From: a virus
Reading direction: 5' to 3' (one strand)
Length of the DNA: 61,056 nucleotides
Virus record (IMG/VR): IMGVR_UViG_3300027498_000004
Coordinates: 1 to 61,056 of that record
The notes under the pieces were generated by a model that ran no database searches, was not told where the DNA came from, and was given only the letters and a program-made list of their open reading frames with translations. This document shows positions 17,840-28,478 of this stretch, in pieces. The position numbers and the translations under genes are program-made. How positions within the stretch are numbered: the stretch's first letter is position 1; each line of letters begins with the position of its first letter.

Positions 17840-18424
17840 ATGCCTTGTGTTGAAGAGAATGTATTATTGGACTTAAAGACATCTAAGAATTGTAATCTTA
17901 GAGGTGGAGTTCAGTGTGCTTTTTATAATAAGTACGATAATATCGACTGGGATGCCATGAAGGACGATCCTGCTTTATTTGATCAAGCAAATCAATGCAT
18001 CTTAGGCTATGCGCTTAATGCTGATGCACAACCTTTCGCATGCTTAGAGTTCGAACGTAAGACTTCGACCTACTCAGCAACATATACAAAGGATGCTGGT
18101 GTTTATGAGTCTATCTTTACACTTAACTTCAAGGGTAAGGGTAAGGAGCTGAGAAATGCTCTGTGCGACGCTATCCAGTGCTGCAGATTGATCATTCATA
18201 TCTTTGACAACAACTGCGAGGAGAGAGTATTTGGTGTAGAGTGGACTAAGACGGACTTCGTAGAAGATATCGAACCATTCGAAATCATAAGACACTTGGA
18301 TCAGGGTGGACTCTTAGGGTCTACAGAGCCAGGGGATGAGATAGACTTCGGTGGAGAGAGCCTTTGCCCACCATTGTACGGACAAGTTGGTTCAAAGGAT
18401 ACATTCACAGCACTTTACACATAA
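17840..18424 (+). CDS. hypothetical structural protein (194 aa)
   Basis: ORF track; lies in the head/tail-joining module. Confidence 0.65.
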   Translation: MPCVEENVLLDLKTSKNCNLRGGVQCAFYNKYDNIDWDAMKDDPALFDQANQCILGYALNADAQPFACLEFERKTSTYSATYTKDAGVYESIFTLNFKGKGKELRNALCDAIQCCRLIIHIFDNNCEERVFGVEWTKTDFVEDIEPFEIIRHLDQGGLLGSTEPGDEIDFGGESLCPPLYGQVGSKDTFTALYT

Positions 18425-18433
18425 TAGACTATC

Positions 18434-18694
18434 ATGGCATTTGAATTTACGGATACAGCAAACAAGCAACCAGTCCTTATCGCAATAGGTAACAAAGCAG
18501 ATGGTTATAAGAAGTTTGTCTTTGGTGGTACCAAGGCAGTGACAAAAACTCCTCAAGGGAAACCTCCGAGAGAGTATAAGCTGGCTGGACAAACAGAGAT
18601 GAAGGATCTACATGAAAGAACTGAAGGTAAAACCAAGTTAGTTCAAAAGAAAGAGACTGCATCTGGTGGAAGCAATAAGCCTGCAAATACATAA
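18434..18694 (+). CDS. hypothetical protein (86 aa)
   Basis: ORF track. Confidence 0.6.
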   Translation: MAFEFTDTANKQPVLIAIGNKADGYKKFVFGGTKAVTKTPQGKPPREYKLAGQTEMKDLHERTEGKTKLVQKKETASGGSNKPANT

Positions 18695-18724
18695 AATATC
18701 ATACCTTAGATATAAATTTAATGA

Positions 18725-20050
18725 ATGTTTCAAGTAAAGACACCCGTTCTAAGACCAGTCGCGGATCCAGAGGATATCGGGGGTTTTTTCAATACGGATA
18801 AACGCATCCTAGTTCCTCACTATGGGAACGAAAAATATTCATCACAAAATTTTCTAACAGTATTATTCGACCTGACTAGCTTATCAAGTAGCTTCAATAC
18901 TGTGCGTGATAAGATCCAGGAGTTTGCCTTTTCATCAAGCGTATCTATCCAGAGACAAACAGAGCCTTGCTTGATTGTAGAGGGACAGGATACTTCAGTC
19001 AATGCGGAGCAATCATCTGCTTTCGTAAACTTCATGAAGGATAGAAACTTCAAGCTTCCAATGATCAAGGATCTATGCAAGCAGATGGACTTTAGTTATA
19101 AGTGGTCTGGTAACATCTTCTTGAAGATAAAGCGAGTGACCGTTGGATCCACTATTCTCTACTTCTACAAGGTGCTTTCGCCTTTAGAGTCATTCTATAT
19201 TTATACTAAGCCAGGTAAGCAGAGATTCCTCTTAAATACTCCAGAGCTTGATGAGGAAACTATTAAGAAGAAGGGCAGAGTTTATCCTGTATCGTATATG
19301 AACAAAGACCTTGTATTCAATAAAGGGAAGCAAGGAGTGGAAGAGACCGTCCTGCATATCGCCAACCATAAGAATGGATCAGTGTGGTATGGCCAACCGA
19401 ATATCTCCAGTATAATGGAGGAGCTCTTCATCGAGTATAAAGAGACCGAGAAGTGCTGCAAGAATGCCTGCACCGATATTATAGCGAAGGGTGCCTGGTT
19501 GTTTCCTGGTCTTCCTTATGATGAAGATAAAGGTGGCAATAATAACAAAGACGACAACTTCCGAGTCTATATGCGAGAGCTAAAGACTATGACTACCAAT
19601 GAAGGGGATATCTCCGAGGTGAGTAGTATGGTCGGGCTGGAATATCCACAGGGGACCGATAGACCTGAGTGGGTGCCTATGGACTACAAGATCAATGTAG
19701 AATCGACAAAGTTCTCTCTAGAATCAGCCAGAAACGAAATCTATGCCAACCAAGGCTGGTTTCCTGAGCTTACAGGCAAGGTACAGGCTAAGAGTGGCAT
19801 TGGTGACAGTAGAATGATCAATCTATACATAGTGGCCAATCAATCGACTGTTAAGCCATTACAGGAAGATTACCAGAACTATATGGGATATCTATTCTCA
19901 CAGATAGCAAAGCATGAGAATGTTACCGAGTACCAGGGCATGACGATCAAGTTTACCGATAAGGTGGAGGAGCTTGTCACAGCATTGCGTGGAACAGAAA
20001 ATGAAAGCACTCCTGCAGCAGAAACAAACCCTGATCCAGATGGCACATAA
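18725..20050 (+). CDS. portal-like protein
   Basis: 441 aa. Size and a central pattern (...VLHIANHKNGSVWYGQPNISSIMEELFIEYKETEK...) resemble portal proteins. It is not adjacent to terL. Confidence 0.5.
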   Translation: MFQVKTPVLRPVADPEDIGGFFNTDKRILVPHYGNEKYSSQNFLTVLFDLTSLSSSFNTVRDKIQEFAFSSSVSIQRQTEPCLIVEGQDTSVNAEQSSAFVNFMKDRNFKLPMIKDLCKQMDFSYKWSGNIFLKIKRVTVGSTILYFYKVLSPLESFYIYTKPGKQRFLLNTPELDEETIKKKGRVYPVSYMNKDLVFNKGKQGVEETVLHIANHKNGSVWYGQPNISSIMEELFIEYKETEKCCKNACTDIIAKGAWLFPGLPYDEDKGGNNNKDDNFRVYMRELKTMTTNEGDISEVSSMVGLEYPQGTDRPEWVPMDYKINVESTKFSLESARNEIYANQGWFPELTGKVQAKSGIGDSRMINLYIVANQSTVKPLQEDYQNYMGYLFSQIAKHENVTEYQGMTIKFTDKVEELVTALRGTENESTPAAETNPDPDGT

Positions 20051-20744
20051 TACACTACTCCAACCACAAGATATCAAAGAGCATATTGGTATAATGAGCT
20101 CTATGGCTGCGTGTGAGCTGAGGCACATCCGAAAGGTCGAGCTATTGCAATTTAGAGAGTGCCTGGGTAAGGCTTTCTATGACTACCTGAAGGATCACTT
20201 AACCGATGTGAGCAAATGTACGAACTGGTGCGAGTATGACGACCAGGGAGAGCCGAAGTACTACCAGGAGGGAGATATCGTAGTATATGACGGCATTCTA
20301 TATGTAGCATGTAAAACAACCAAGGCGATTCCAGTAGTAGAGGGTGAATGGAAGCTGGTCCAGAAGTTTACAAAGGACTGCCTCAATGAGCTCTGGTGCG
20401 ATTATCTATGCGAATACTTAGCATGGGAGGTATTTAAGAACAGAGCTCCATACTTGGGCATAAGAATCGGTCCAGATGGATATATCAAATCAACAGGTCG
20501 GGACTTTGTACCAGCCGACTATAAGGATAAAGAATTCCTCTCCAGGACCATTGATCGCGATGTTTGCATTGCCTGGGATAACCTGGAGGACTTCTTAAAA
20601 GAAAATGAGAGTGGCTGCTTTGATCTATTCAAAGGAAATGCGAAGGGATCCTGTGGATCGTGTGGATGCTTAGATAAAAAGTGTACGTGTCAAAAAGACT
20701 GCGGAGACGCTAAGAGAACAAAATATAAGAGACGGATTGGTTGA
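20040..20744 (+). CDS. hypothetical Cys-rich protein with a CBM5/12-like segment
   Basis: ATG 20040 is in the ORF-track frame (the track start at 19974 overlaps the portal-like gene). YYQEGDIVVYDGILYVACKTTKAIPVVEGEWKLV resembles carbohydrate-binding W/Y motifs. Confidence 0.6.
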   Translation: MAHNTLLQPQDIKEHIGIMSSMAACELRHIRKVELLQFRECLGKAFYDYLKDHLTDVSKCTNWCEYDDQGEPKYYQEGDIVVYDGILYVACKTTKAIPVVEGEWKLVQKFTKDCLNELWCDYLCEYLAWEVFKNRAPYLGIRIGPDGYIKSTGRDFVPADYKDKEFLSRTIDRDVCIAWDNLEDFLKENESGCFDLFKGNAKGSCGSCGCLDKKCTCQKDCGDAKRTKYKRRIG

Positions 20745-21096
20745 TCTAATAAAAAAGAGGCTCAGGGAGCACACTGTAAATTATATCGGTAATATAGTTA
20801 CTGCAGGTCAAGAGCTTGTTTCTCCAGAGCATGAGAAAGCGAGACGGGACATCTGTAAAGGGTGCGATTTGCTTGAAATGGTTACTCTTCCACCTGTCCC
20901 TTGGATCGGTCCAATACAGGTTCCAGGGTGCGGAGGATGCAAGTGCCCAATAAAAACTAAACCCAAAGCTGTCAAGTATCGGAATTTTAAAGATGGTAAA
21001 CCGTTAGAGATAAAGACGAACATCTGTCCTCATCCAGATGGAAACAAATGGGAGGACGTAGACAATAAATATTTTTCAAGTAAAAATCCAAAGTAA
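20737..21096 (+). CDS. hypothetical Cys-rich protein (119 aa)
   Basis: ORF track; TTG start overlapping the previous stop. CKGC...CGGCKC motifs. Confidence 0.55.
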   Translation: MVDLIKKRLREHTVNYIGNIVTAGQELVSPEHEKARRDICKGCDLLEMVTLPPVPWIGPIQVPGCGGCKCPIKTKPKAVKYRNFKDGKPLEIKTNICPHPDGNKWEDVDNKYFSSKNPK

Positions 21097-21097
21097 A

Positions 21098-21847
21098 ATG
21101 AGAGTTCCAATTTTAAATATGTTCCTTTTAGCAGCAAATATGCTCGGACGCCTTAGAGCGAATCCTGCAGCATGCCCAACAAACAGCATGAAGCTTCCAG
21201 CTTGCAATGACTGTACTGATGATCCAGTATGCGAAGACGTAATCACCCTTACAAAGGATGAAGGAAACGTTCTTGTATCTATTGACATACAAGGTGAGAC
21301 TTGTCCTGTCAACTTACCGTTGAATGATCCGAATATCGAAACTAAGCTTCATGAAATCGTAGCTAAGTATGAGATCGATACTCATGTTTCAGTTGCTGTT
21401 GAAGATGGCAAGTGTACAATCCGACACATCGGTGCTGGTACTCTTGACAACGCAGTAGTTGGAAACAAGACTTATAATACAGAGCGATGCTGCAACTTCG
21501 TTACTGTTACCACTTACAAGACTTATGCGACAGGTACTTTGCCAGACCTTAAGTATGTAAATGCTGATGGTGTTGAAACGAGTGAGGCATTTCCAAATAG
21601 TCCTTATGACTATGCAGGAACGGCAGCAGTGGATGCTGCAACAGCTGCTCAATTAGAGACAGACCTTATCGCTGGACTTGATGCGATTGCATATCCATAC
21701 ACTTCAGCCACTGTGACTGTAAGTGATGATGATGAAGGATTTTTCCTTTGTGTTGAATCAGATGGTTCTATTCCAGTTATGATTGGAAGCCTGCCATTTG
21801 CAAACTGCGGAAGTGAAGGAGCTTTCGTTTGTGGTGAGGATAAGTAA
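21098..21847 (+). CDS. hypothetical Cys-rich protein (249 aa)
   Basis: ORF track; tight spacing. Confidence 0.7.
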   Translation: MRVPILNMFLLAANMLGRLRANPAACPTNSMKLPACNDCTDDPVCEDVITLTKDEGNVLVSIDIQGETCPVNLPLNDPNIETKLHEIVAKYEIDTHVSVAVEDGKCTIRHIGAGTLDNAVVGNKTYNTERCCNFVTVTTYKTYATGTLPDLKYVNADGVETSEAFPNSPYDYAGTAAVDAATAAQLETDLIAGLDAIAYPYTSATVTVSDDDEGFFLCVESDGSIPVMIGSLPFANCGSEGAFVCGEDK

Positions 21848-21874
21848 TTAGTAATCGCATAATAAACCAATATA

Positions 21875-23053
21875 ATGCCTGGTAAAACTTGCAATATCAT
21901 ACTTGTGACGATAGCACACTGTTTCATACGCATCAAGAATACGTGCGATGGATCAGTATGCTATGCCACTGGTATAAGCAAATGTGTCGGTAATAACATT
22001 GTCTTTTCAATACAAGGTGGAGGTTCACTAAATGTCAATTATACAGATATAGCGAATCATGGTTTTGATAACATCGAAGATTTTAAAGAAGATCTACTTG
22101 CCGAATTAGAAGCTTGCTCAAACAATGTTACTCTGGAAGGCGATGTCATGTTGCCTGACGATATAGAGGTCCAGCTTGAGAAGTTTGGTACCACTTCATT
22201 TCCAATGTGCAGAAAGTCTGACGGTGAAAATTGCCAGATCATATATTGCGTTGAGGAAGGCGTGGAAACTTATCAGGAGGCTGGAACTACTATTAAGTTG
22301 ACGCCAGCTCAATTTTTAACTGCATACGAGAAGTGCAAGCCAGCAAAGACGTTCATTGATCGGGGTTGCTACTATTTGACATCAGAGGAAGATCTACCAG
22401 CTCAAAAAAGGAACTATGTTCTGTTTGATCAATATACTGATGGCACTCAAGTGTGCACAGTTCCTGCAGGGGAAGCACCTGCAGCGGATGGAAGTAATTT
22501 CGTAACCAATATAAATGAATATACTATGGCTTCAGATAAGCTTGGGTCACTGCCCGTATTGAACAGTGAGATTAAAACAAAGAAAGGGCGAGCACTTGAC
22601 GTATGTGGTGGTGCAGCTGGATTTGAATTGACAGTAGCGATACTTTTAGCAGCAGCATCTGTTGTTGATGACTTGGCATCGTTGGCTGCAAAGATCATTC
22701 CTGAGCCTGGATACAAGTGGGACTTGTTAGGATTCGAAGTGAACCAACACCCTGCTAAGAAATTAGTGCATTGTGATATTGCTGATGCAGAAGGTACTGT
22801 AAGTTCAAACGAACAGGCATTCTATGCTTTAGGAGGCGACACAAAGCAATTCATTACCGTTGGAGATTCCAAGGATACTATCATGAAGCTATTACCAGAT
22901 GCGGATGCATGTGGATGCCTTGGTGATCCTACATGTCTGCTTACAGATGCGGATCTAACAACACCGTTGACTTTGGCTGCTAATACAGCTGTTGAAGTAT
23001 GTCCAATCTTCGTCTGCGTTATCGATCCAGATGCGAAGAGAGAAGAAGCATAA
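21875..23053 (+). CDS. hypothetical Cys-rich protein (392 aa)
   Basis: ORF track. Confidence 0.7.
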   Translation: MPGKTCNIILVTIAHCFIRIKNTCDGSVCYATGISKCVGNNIVFSIQGGGSLNVNYTDIANHGFDNIEDFKEDLLAELEACSNNVTLEGDVMLPDDIEVQLEKFGTTSFPMCRKSDGENCQIIYCVEEGVETYQEAGTTIKLTPAQFLTAYEKCKPAKTFIDRGCYYLTSEEDLPAQKRNYVLFDQYTDGTQVCTVPAGEAPAADGSNFVTNINEYTMASDKLGSLPVLNSEIKTKKGRALDVCGGAAGFELTVAILLAAASVVDDLASLAAKIIPEPGYKWDLLGFEVNQHPAKKLVHCDIADAEGTVSSNEQAFYALGGDTKQFITVGDSKDTIMKLLPDADACGCLGDPTCLLTDADLTTPLTLAANTAVEVCPIFVCVIDPDAKREEA

Positions 23054-23070
23054 TAATTATTGAATAAATA

Positions 23071-26000
23071 ATGATACAACTGATGAAACATAAAGCCTTA
23101 CTCATAACAGCCATACTATTGTGGGTAAGGCTTTTGTCTTTTGCACAACTCGGAGGAGTTGAGAACTGGTTTCCTGCATGTGATACCTTAACAGGAGAAG
23201 TGATCTATATCCAGCAATCGGAGCTGATCGATGACTGCTGCTGGGAGTGGAATGGAGATAACTGGGAGAAAAGAGAAAACTGCGATAATGTAGATTCAAA
23301 CTGCATTGAAACTTCTATCTATACCGAGGAGCTTTGCTATCATGGCATCTTTCACTGGTATGACAACACAACTCCCTCAAACGGAGCCTGTGGCCTTGTA
23401 TCGGCAAACTATGGTCTCAATCCAAATGAAACGACCTGGATAGGGTTTGAAAACAAATGCGATATATATGATCCATTTATCGGGCACACCAATACTGCTC
23501 CGAATCTAAATGGATACTTCGATGATATGAATGATTACTTGACGGCTAATACCGACTCCGAGTGGGTATGGGGTTTAAATACTCCCGATAAGTGCTGGAG
23601 ATACTTCTCCACTATATCAAAGGATGAATGTTACGGAACGTGGACTTTGGACTATAAAGGAAATGAAGTGACAGTAGTTCCAAGAAGGGAATATAAAAAA
23701 TGCGAAATAACAAAGAAGGTCTGCGAATATAAGATGGACGGTCAAATCATCACTGATGAGTTCTTTTACGGAACAGATGTCGATGGTAATGATTCTCTAT
23801 TGCTAGACCTTCCCCAATATATAATTGATTGCACTGGATGGGATCCAGTAGTAGTCAATAAGATTTATCAGGATAATGGCGATGTGATTAATTGTTTAAC
23901 TACAGATTGCACCGAGAGAACTCTTACTGAAATAGAGAATCCATGTCCAATACAATCTTATGGTCCTTTTTGCGATTATGATTACAATGTAGAGACTGAT
24001 GAGTGTGTAATAAATGCAACGGAAATATACCTTGATATCGATTGTAATGGTGTGAACTGGTTTTATACTATCTCCGAAGATGGTGTTACGCCATACGAGG
24101 AGCCTGTTGGCGAGATAGGGAACTGCGATTGTACACAGATCGTAACAGAGCCTCAAGGATGCCCTGAAGGACTGAACTGGCAGTGTGTAACTACAGGCGA
24201 GAGCAGCTATGGTATACTTGACAACTCATTGTATACTAATCTTCCAACTAATCACCTGCAGAACGGTAACAACTATGAATTCACTCTTTTGCACGAGGAT
24301 GGTACCACTACTGTGATCCAGCAATCAGCAAATACATATTTTGGGAACTTTAGAACGATATTAGAGGCAGCATTGCCAGAATGTAAGGTCGTCTATGTGT
24401 GTGCAAATCATACAAGCCCGAACGGATGCAATGCTGGCTTTGTGAGTAACTTGGCACAATATCCTGCATACGATGCGCCAACGGCTCCTGGAGATGTACA
24501 GAACAATCTCAACAATCCAGCACAGTCCGAGTTATGGGCCACAGGTTGGTTGATAGACTGCCAGTCGTGCGTGAGTCCTATTACCAGGGTGACAATTACA
24601 AATGCAAATGACGCTTCTCATATAGGAGCCTTTAAGGATATCATCAATTATAAAACACCAGGAGAGCAAATCTTCCAAGCAGTTGATTGTGGGAAGATCT
24701 ACTATCAAAGCTGCGATAATCCTCCAGTTGCCCTTGAAGCACCAGACTGTAAGCCAACTCTTTGTCCAGCAGGAATATCAGATGATGAAATAGAAGACCA
24801 ATGCACAACATCTTCTATTATAGGATGTGTCGATGATAAGACTTTGCTTTTAGTTATTGAGACCTGTAAGGTGGATACAACTGGATTAGATTGTAATCCT
24901 GATGAGTTGACAGTATTGTATGCTTCAGATGAATTTGAGGGTACTCCTGGAATAACACAAACTGCAAATGGATGGGATCAACTCACATTTGGAGATAATA
25001 AAACTGGAGCAACATCTCAAACACAAGCAACATCGGATGTTGCTAATGCAACGGGGCCAAGTGCAGCTGGAATATTGGGTGTTTCAAATTGTGGAGATAC
25101 TCACATGCAATCCTTAATTGGAGGTACTGGAGCGACTGTATTTGGTGAAGGTTTAAAAAAGACATTTACAGGATTGACTATTGGAGCTCAATTGTGCATT
25201 GACTTTTCTCAAGCAGTATCTAATCAAACAAATGGATGTTTTGATAGAGGAGGCTGGACAGTATGCCTTGATGATAACTTAGCTTCCGCACAAAATTCGG
25301 CTGAGACAATTGATCCAGCACAGGAGACCAATCCAACAAATCCAAATTTGAATTGGGAGAATAGAAATGCATGCTTCAACATAACAGCAACTACGCATAC
25401 TTTATCCTTGACTCCTTATTCAACTGATCAAGACTATACTTGTGGGAATTGGCTTGGAAGGATGGCTATTGATTGTGTTGAGGTAACTGAATCAAGCGCA
25501 GGAGGTTCAAATGATCCGCTTTGTTCTTGTGCTGAAATAACATGCGTAACTGATCCAGTAACAGGAGACAATTATGATATTGAAGATATCTCTTTGGTAC
25601 CATGTGGAACTAATGATGTGTGTTTCGATATAGAGCAAAGTTCAGAACTTGTTTGTATTAATGATGGATTAGAAAATATACTTGCTTTTGCGGTTAATGA
25701 AATATTAGCGGACTGTATAACTGGTGAACAAGTAGGACAAAATAACTATTTCACAGATTTAGAAGGGAATACATATAATTCTACAGATGTTACATTTAGT
25801 GAAGATTGTGAAGGAGTAGTCATTGAAGGTCAAGTTTGTACAAATGGTGAAACATTAAACACCCTTACAATAGATGGAGTTACAACATATTATGACTTAG
25901 GAGGAAATCAAGTGATCAAGATTGGTACAATTGATTATGTTGGGGCATGTATTGAGCCGACAAGTATATTTAAATGTTGTGCTGTTAATTTTGGTAATCA

Positions 26001-26787
26001 AATCGAAGGATTTATAAATGTTGGAGAAGGAGGATATTACATCACTGATTTTCAAGGCAACATTCTCCCTGAAGCTGAGCCTTTCGATTGTGAAAGTTGT
26101 ATTCAAGTATTTGGATGCAGAGATGGAAGACTTGCATGGCCAGCAGGAAGCGTAGTAACGATGTCTAATGGTGATCAATTAGATATATCGGGACTTAGAT
26201 ATACACAAGTTGCTCAATTAATAGTTGATACTTATGGAGGGAGCTATGAAGCTCCAAGTCTAGGTGGACCAATGGGTGCAAACTTTTCACAATGTCAAGG
26301 TAGCTCTCAACATGAACTTCAGTTCTACAATTTGCCAGTTGCAATCGTATCCATTGATGAGATGGATAACTATGGAAAATTTGGACAATGTGGAGCTAAT
26401 GAAATAGCAGATGTTAATTGGGATTATTGTGTGAATGGTAAAAAGGTCAAACTGATTACTTATTTAGATGGATCTACAAGCATAATTGATCCTTCGAATA
26501 ACTCAAGTATTAATGGAGTTCTTGGATGCTGTGATTGTGAAGCTGTTGATTGTGGTCAAGGCTGTGAAGTGACTGAAGGAGGAGGTATACCAGGAGAATC
26601 GTTTATTGTTAGTTGCGAGCTCTCTTGTCAAGTTGGCGATAATATAATCATATACAATGAAGACTGCTCTGTGAAGTGCACAGGGACTATTTCTGGATTT
26701 GGTCTAGATGGCCAAGGTGGAACTAAAATACAACTATCGAGTAGAGATTGCTTTCCAATTATAGGACAAACTGTAAGCTGTGAATAG
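23071..26787 (+). CDS. very large Cys-rich protein with an N-terminal signal peptide
   Basis: 1238 aa. N-terminus MKHKALLITAILLWVRLLSFAQ (alternative ATG at 23086). Dozens of Cys throughout. Confidence 0.8.
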   Translation: MIQLMKHKALLITAILLWVRLLSFAQLGGVENWFPACDTLTGEVIYIQQSELIDDCCWEWNGDNWEKRENCDNVDSNCIETSIYTEELCYHGIFHWYDNTTPSNGACGLVSANYGLNPNETTWIGFENKCDIYDPFIGHTNTAPNLNGYFDDMNDYLTANTDSEWVWGLNTPDKCWRYFSTISKDECYGTWTLDYKGNEVTVVPRREYKKCEITKKVCEYKMDGQIITDEFFYGTDVDGNDSLLLDLPQYIIDCTGWDPVVVNKIYQDNGDVINCLTTDCTERTLTEIENPCPIQSYGPFCDYDYNVETDECVINATEIYLDIDCNGVNWFYTISEDGVTPYEEPVGEIGNCDCTQIVTEPQGCPEGLNWQCVTTGESSYGILDNSLYTNLPTNHLQNGNNYEFTLLHEDGTTTVIQQSANTYFGNFRTILEAALPECKVVYVCANHTSPNGCNAGFVSNLAQYPAYDAPTAPGDVQNNLNNPAQSELWATGWLIDCQSCVSPITRVTITNANDASHIGAFKDIINYKTPGEQIFQAVDCGKIYYQSCDNPPVALEAPDCKPTLCPAGISDDEIEDQCTTSSIIGCVDDKTLLLVIETCKVDTTGLDCNPDELTVLYASDEFEGTPGITQTANGWDQLTFGDNKTGATSQTQATSDVANATGPSAAGILGVSNCGDTHMQSLIGGTGATVFGEGLKKTFTGLTIGAQLCIDFSQAVSNQTNGCFDRGGWTVCLDDNLASAQNSAETIDPAQETNPTNPNLNWENRNACFNITATTHTLSLTPYSTDQDYTCGNWLGRMAIDCVEVTESSAGGSNDPLCSCAEITCVTDPVTGDNYDIEDISLVPCGTNDVCFDIEQSSELVCINDGLENILAFAVNEILADCITGEQVGQNNYFTDLEGNTYNSTDVTFSEDCEGVVIEGQVCTNGETLNTLTIDGVTTYYDLGGNQVIKIGTIDYVGACIEPTSIFKCCAVNFGNQIEGFINVGEGGYYITDFQGNILPEAEPFDCESCIQVFGCRDGRLAWPAGSVVTMSNGDQLDISGLRYTQVAQLIVDTYGGSYEAPSLGGPMGANFSQCQGSSQHELQFYNLPVAIVSIDEMDNYGKFGQCGANEIADVNWDYCVNGKKVKLITYLDGSTSIIDPSNNSSINGVLGCCDCEAVDCGQGCEVTEGGGIPGESFIVSCELSCQVGDNIIIYNEDCSVKCTGTISGFGLDGQGGTKIQLSSRDCFPIIGQTVSCE

Positions 26788-27607
26788 AATTATTATAGGC
26801 ATATTATTATTGTTTCCTCTTTTTGCTTTTAGCCAAGAGTTTGACTTGTCAGATTGTTGTGATAGATCATCTGAATCACAAGTGCTTGATCTTGAGTTTA
26901 AAACTATATACCAAGAAGAGTTTGCTGGTGGAGCCAATGGCAAACTAGGTTCTAATATATGGACTAGAAATAGTACTGTAGTTCAAACAGCAGAAGGACA
27001 ATTCACAGTCACCTTCGATACGCCACATCCTGATGGAGTTTTTTATCATATTAGCTATGAAGGCATTGAGGATAATTTAAGAGACAATCCAAAAGTGACT
27101 ACAATAGAAGGAACTAAGTCAGCAAATGGATTTCAAGTTATGATAACTGTAGATGATAATGGTGCTGGTGCAGATATCTATGAAGATAACGGATGGTCAT
27201 TTTCTGTTGCTGCTCCTTGTGAGGTTTTAAGCAACGCAAGTTTATCGCAAGGAGGGGATGCTGGATCAGATAATGAAGGCTCTCCTTCCTTACCAGCAGC
27301 TAATGGAAAAGTTGTCTCTGATAATTTTCAAGATCAGCAGTTTGTTCCTTTCAATCTTCAAGTAAGAAATACAACAAATGCTCCAGTGCAATGGGAGGCA
27401 TACTTACAGAGTGTTCCATATTGCACAATACCAAATATTACTTATCCACAAGGTTTTACAGCTGTGCTTGTTACCACAAATAATATAGATGGAACTTGCA
27501 ATCACTTATTTAGTGGATCTTTGCCAGCATTTGAAAATATTGAAATTAAGGCAGATGTAGTTTTGCCATTTGGTAATCAATCAGGATTAACTCTATACTG
27601 TCAATGA
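26780..27607 (+). CDS. exported protein (signal peptide MNRIIIGILLLFPLFAFSQ)
   Basis: GTG start overlapping the previous stop. Typical n-h-c signal region. Confidence 0.7.
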   Translation: MNRIIIGILLLFPLFAFSQEFDLSDCCDRSSESQVLDLEFKTIYQEEFAGGANGKLGSNIWTRNSTVVQTAEGQFTVTFDTPHPDGVFYHISYEGIEDNLRDNPKVTTIEGTKSANGFQVMITVDDNGAGADIYEDNGWSFSVAAPCEVLSNASLSQGGDAGSDNEGSPSLPAANGKVVSDNFQDQQFVPFNLQVRNTTNAPVQWEAYLQSVPYCTIPNITYPQGFTAVLVTTNNIDGTCNHLFSGSLPAFENIEIKADVVLPFGNQSGLTLYCQ

Positions 27608-28071
27608 GAAAGATAATAATAATCACAGCAATTATATTTGCATCAATTACTGCCCAAGGGCAAAACTACTTTGAGTGGGTGATGCCAACTGAAAAAGGAG
27701 ATGTTTCATATTTACTTTTAACAGATCAGGGATATGAAACCTTATTAAAGCCTTTGCAAATACAAGATAGTGGAGATTTAGCTGAGGAGCTACTGACTAT
27801 GAGGGCTGAGATCACCAATAATAGAGAGTTGATCGATAAGCTATATTCTATAATTAAAGATTTACAAAATCAAGAATCTAGTTTAAGTGAGACTTCACAA
27901 AAAATTCTTGATTGTCTTAGAGATGATACTGAGAATCAAATTAAGGCTAGGGGATTCACAATTGCACAATATAAGCAATTTGCTTTTGAATTAGAGTTTG
28001 ATATTAAGGAACGGAAAGAAGATGCAATAATCAATGAGTTGAAAGACTGGTACAAATCAAATAATCAATGA
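27604..28071 (+). CDS. exported protein (signal peptide MRKIIIITAIIFASITAQGQ)
   Basis: ATGA overlap. The N-terminus is paralogous to the next ORF. Confidence 0.75.
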   Translation: MRKIIIITAIIFASITAQGQNYFEWVMPTEKGDVSYLLLTDQGYETLLKPLQIQDSGDLAEELLTMRAEITNNRELIDKLYSIIKDLQNQESSLSETSQKILDCLRDDTENQIKARGFTIAQYKQFAFELEFDIKERKEDAIINELKDWYKSNNQ

Positions 28072-28478
28072 GAGTAATTATAATAATAGCAATACTAGCA
28101 TTCTCTTTCAATGCGCAGGCACAGCGGTACTTTGTATCTGAAAAAGAAAATTCGACTCAATATTGGGTTCTTGATAGCCTTAGTGCTTCAAACTTTAATC
28201 TTGGGAAGGAAATTGCAGAGTCTACTTATAAAAGTATGCAAGTATCAGAAGAGACTAAGATTAATGAGCAGATATCTGTAATTGATACTCCAATAGCTAA
28301 GGAGATAAATCTTCTTAAATCAATTGCTCCTAATGCGACATTTATATTTAAAAGGTACAATTTGTCAAACTCAAATAAAAATGGATTCTCGCTGAGGGAA
28401 ATAGCGACAGAATTAAAGATTGATCATTTAAATAAAAGAAAAAAGGACTTGTCCTATGAGATATATAATACTTTTTAG
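28068..28478 (+). CDS. exported protein (signal peptide MRVIIIIAILAFSFNAQAQ)
   Basis: ATGA overlap; signal peptide. Confidence 0.75.
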   Translation: MRVIIIIAILAFSFNAQAQRYFVSEKENSTQYWVLDSLSASNFNLGKEIAESTYKSMQVSEETKINEQISVIDTPIAKEINLLKSIAPNATFIFKRYNLSNSNKNGFSLREIATELKIDHLNKRKKDLSYEIYNTF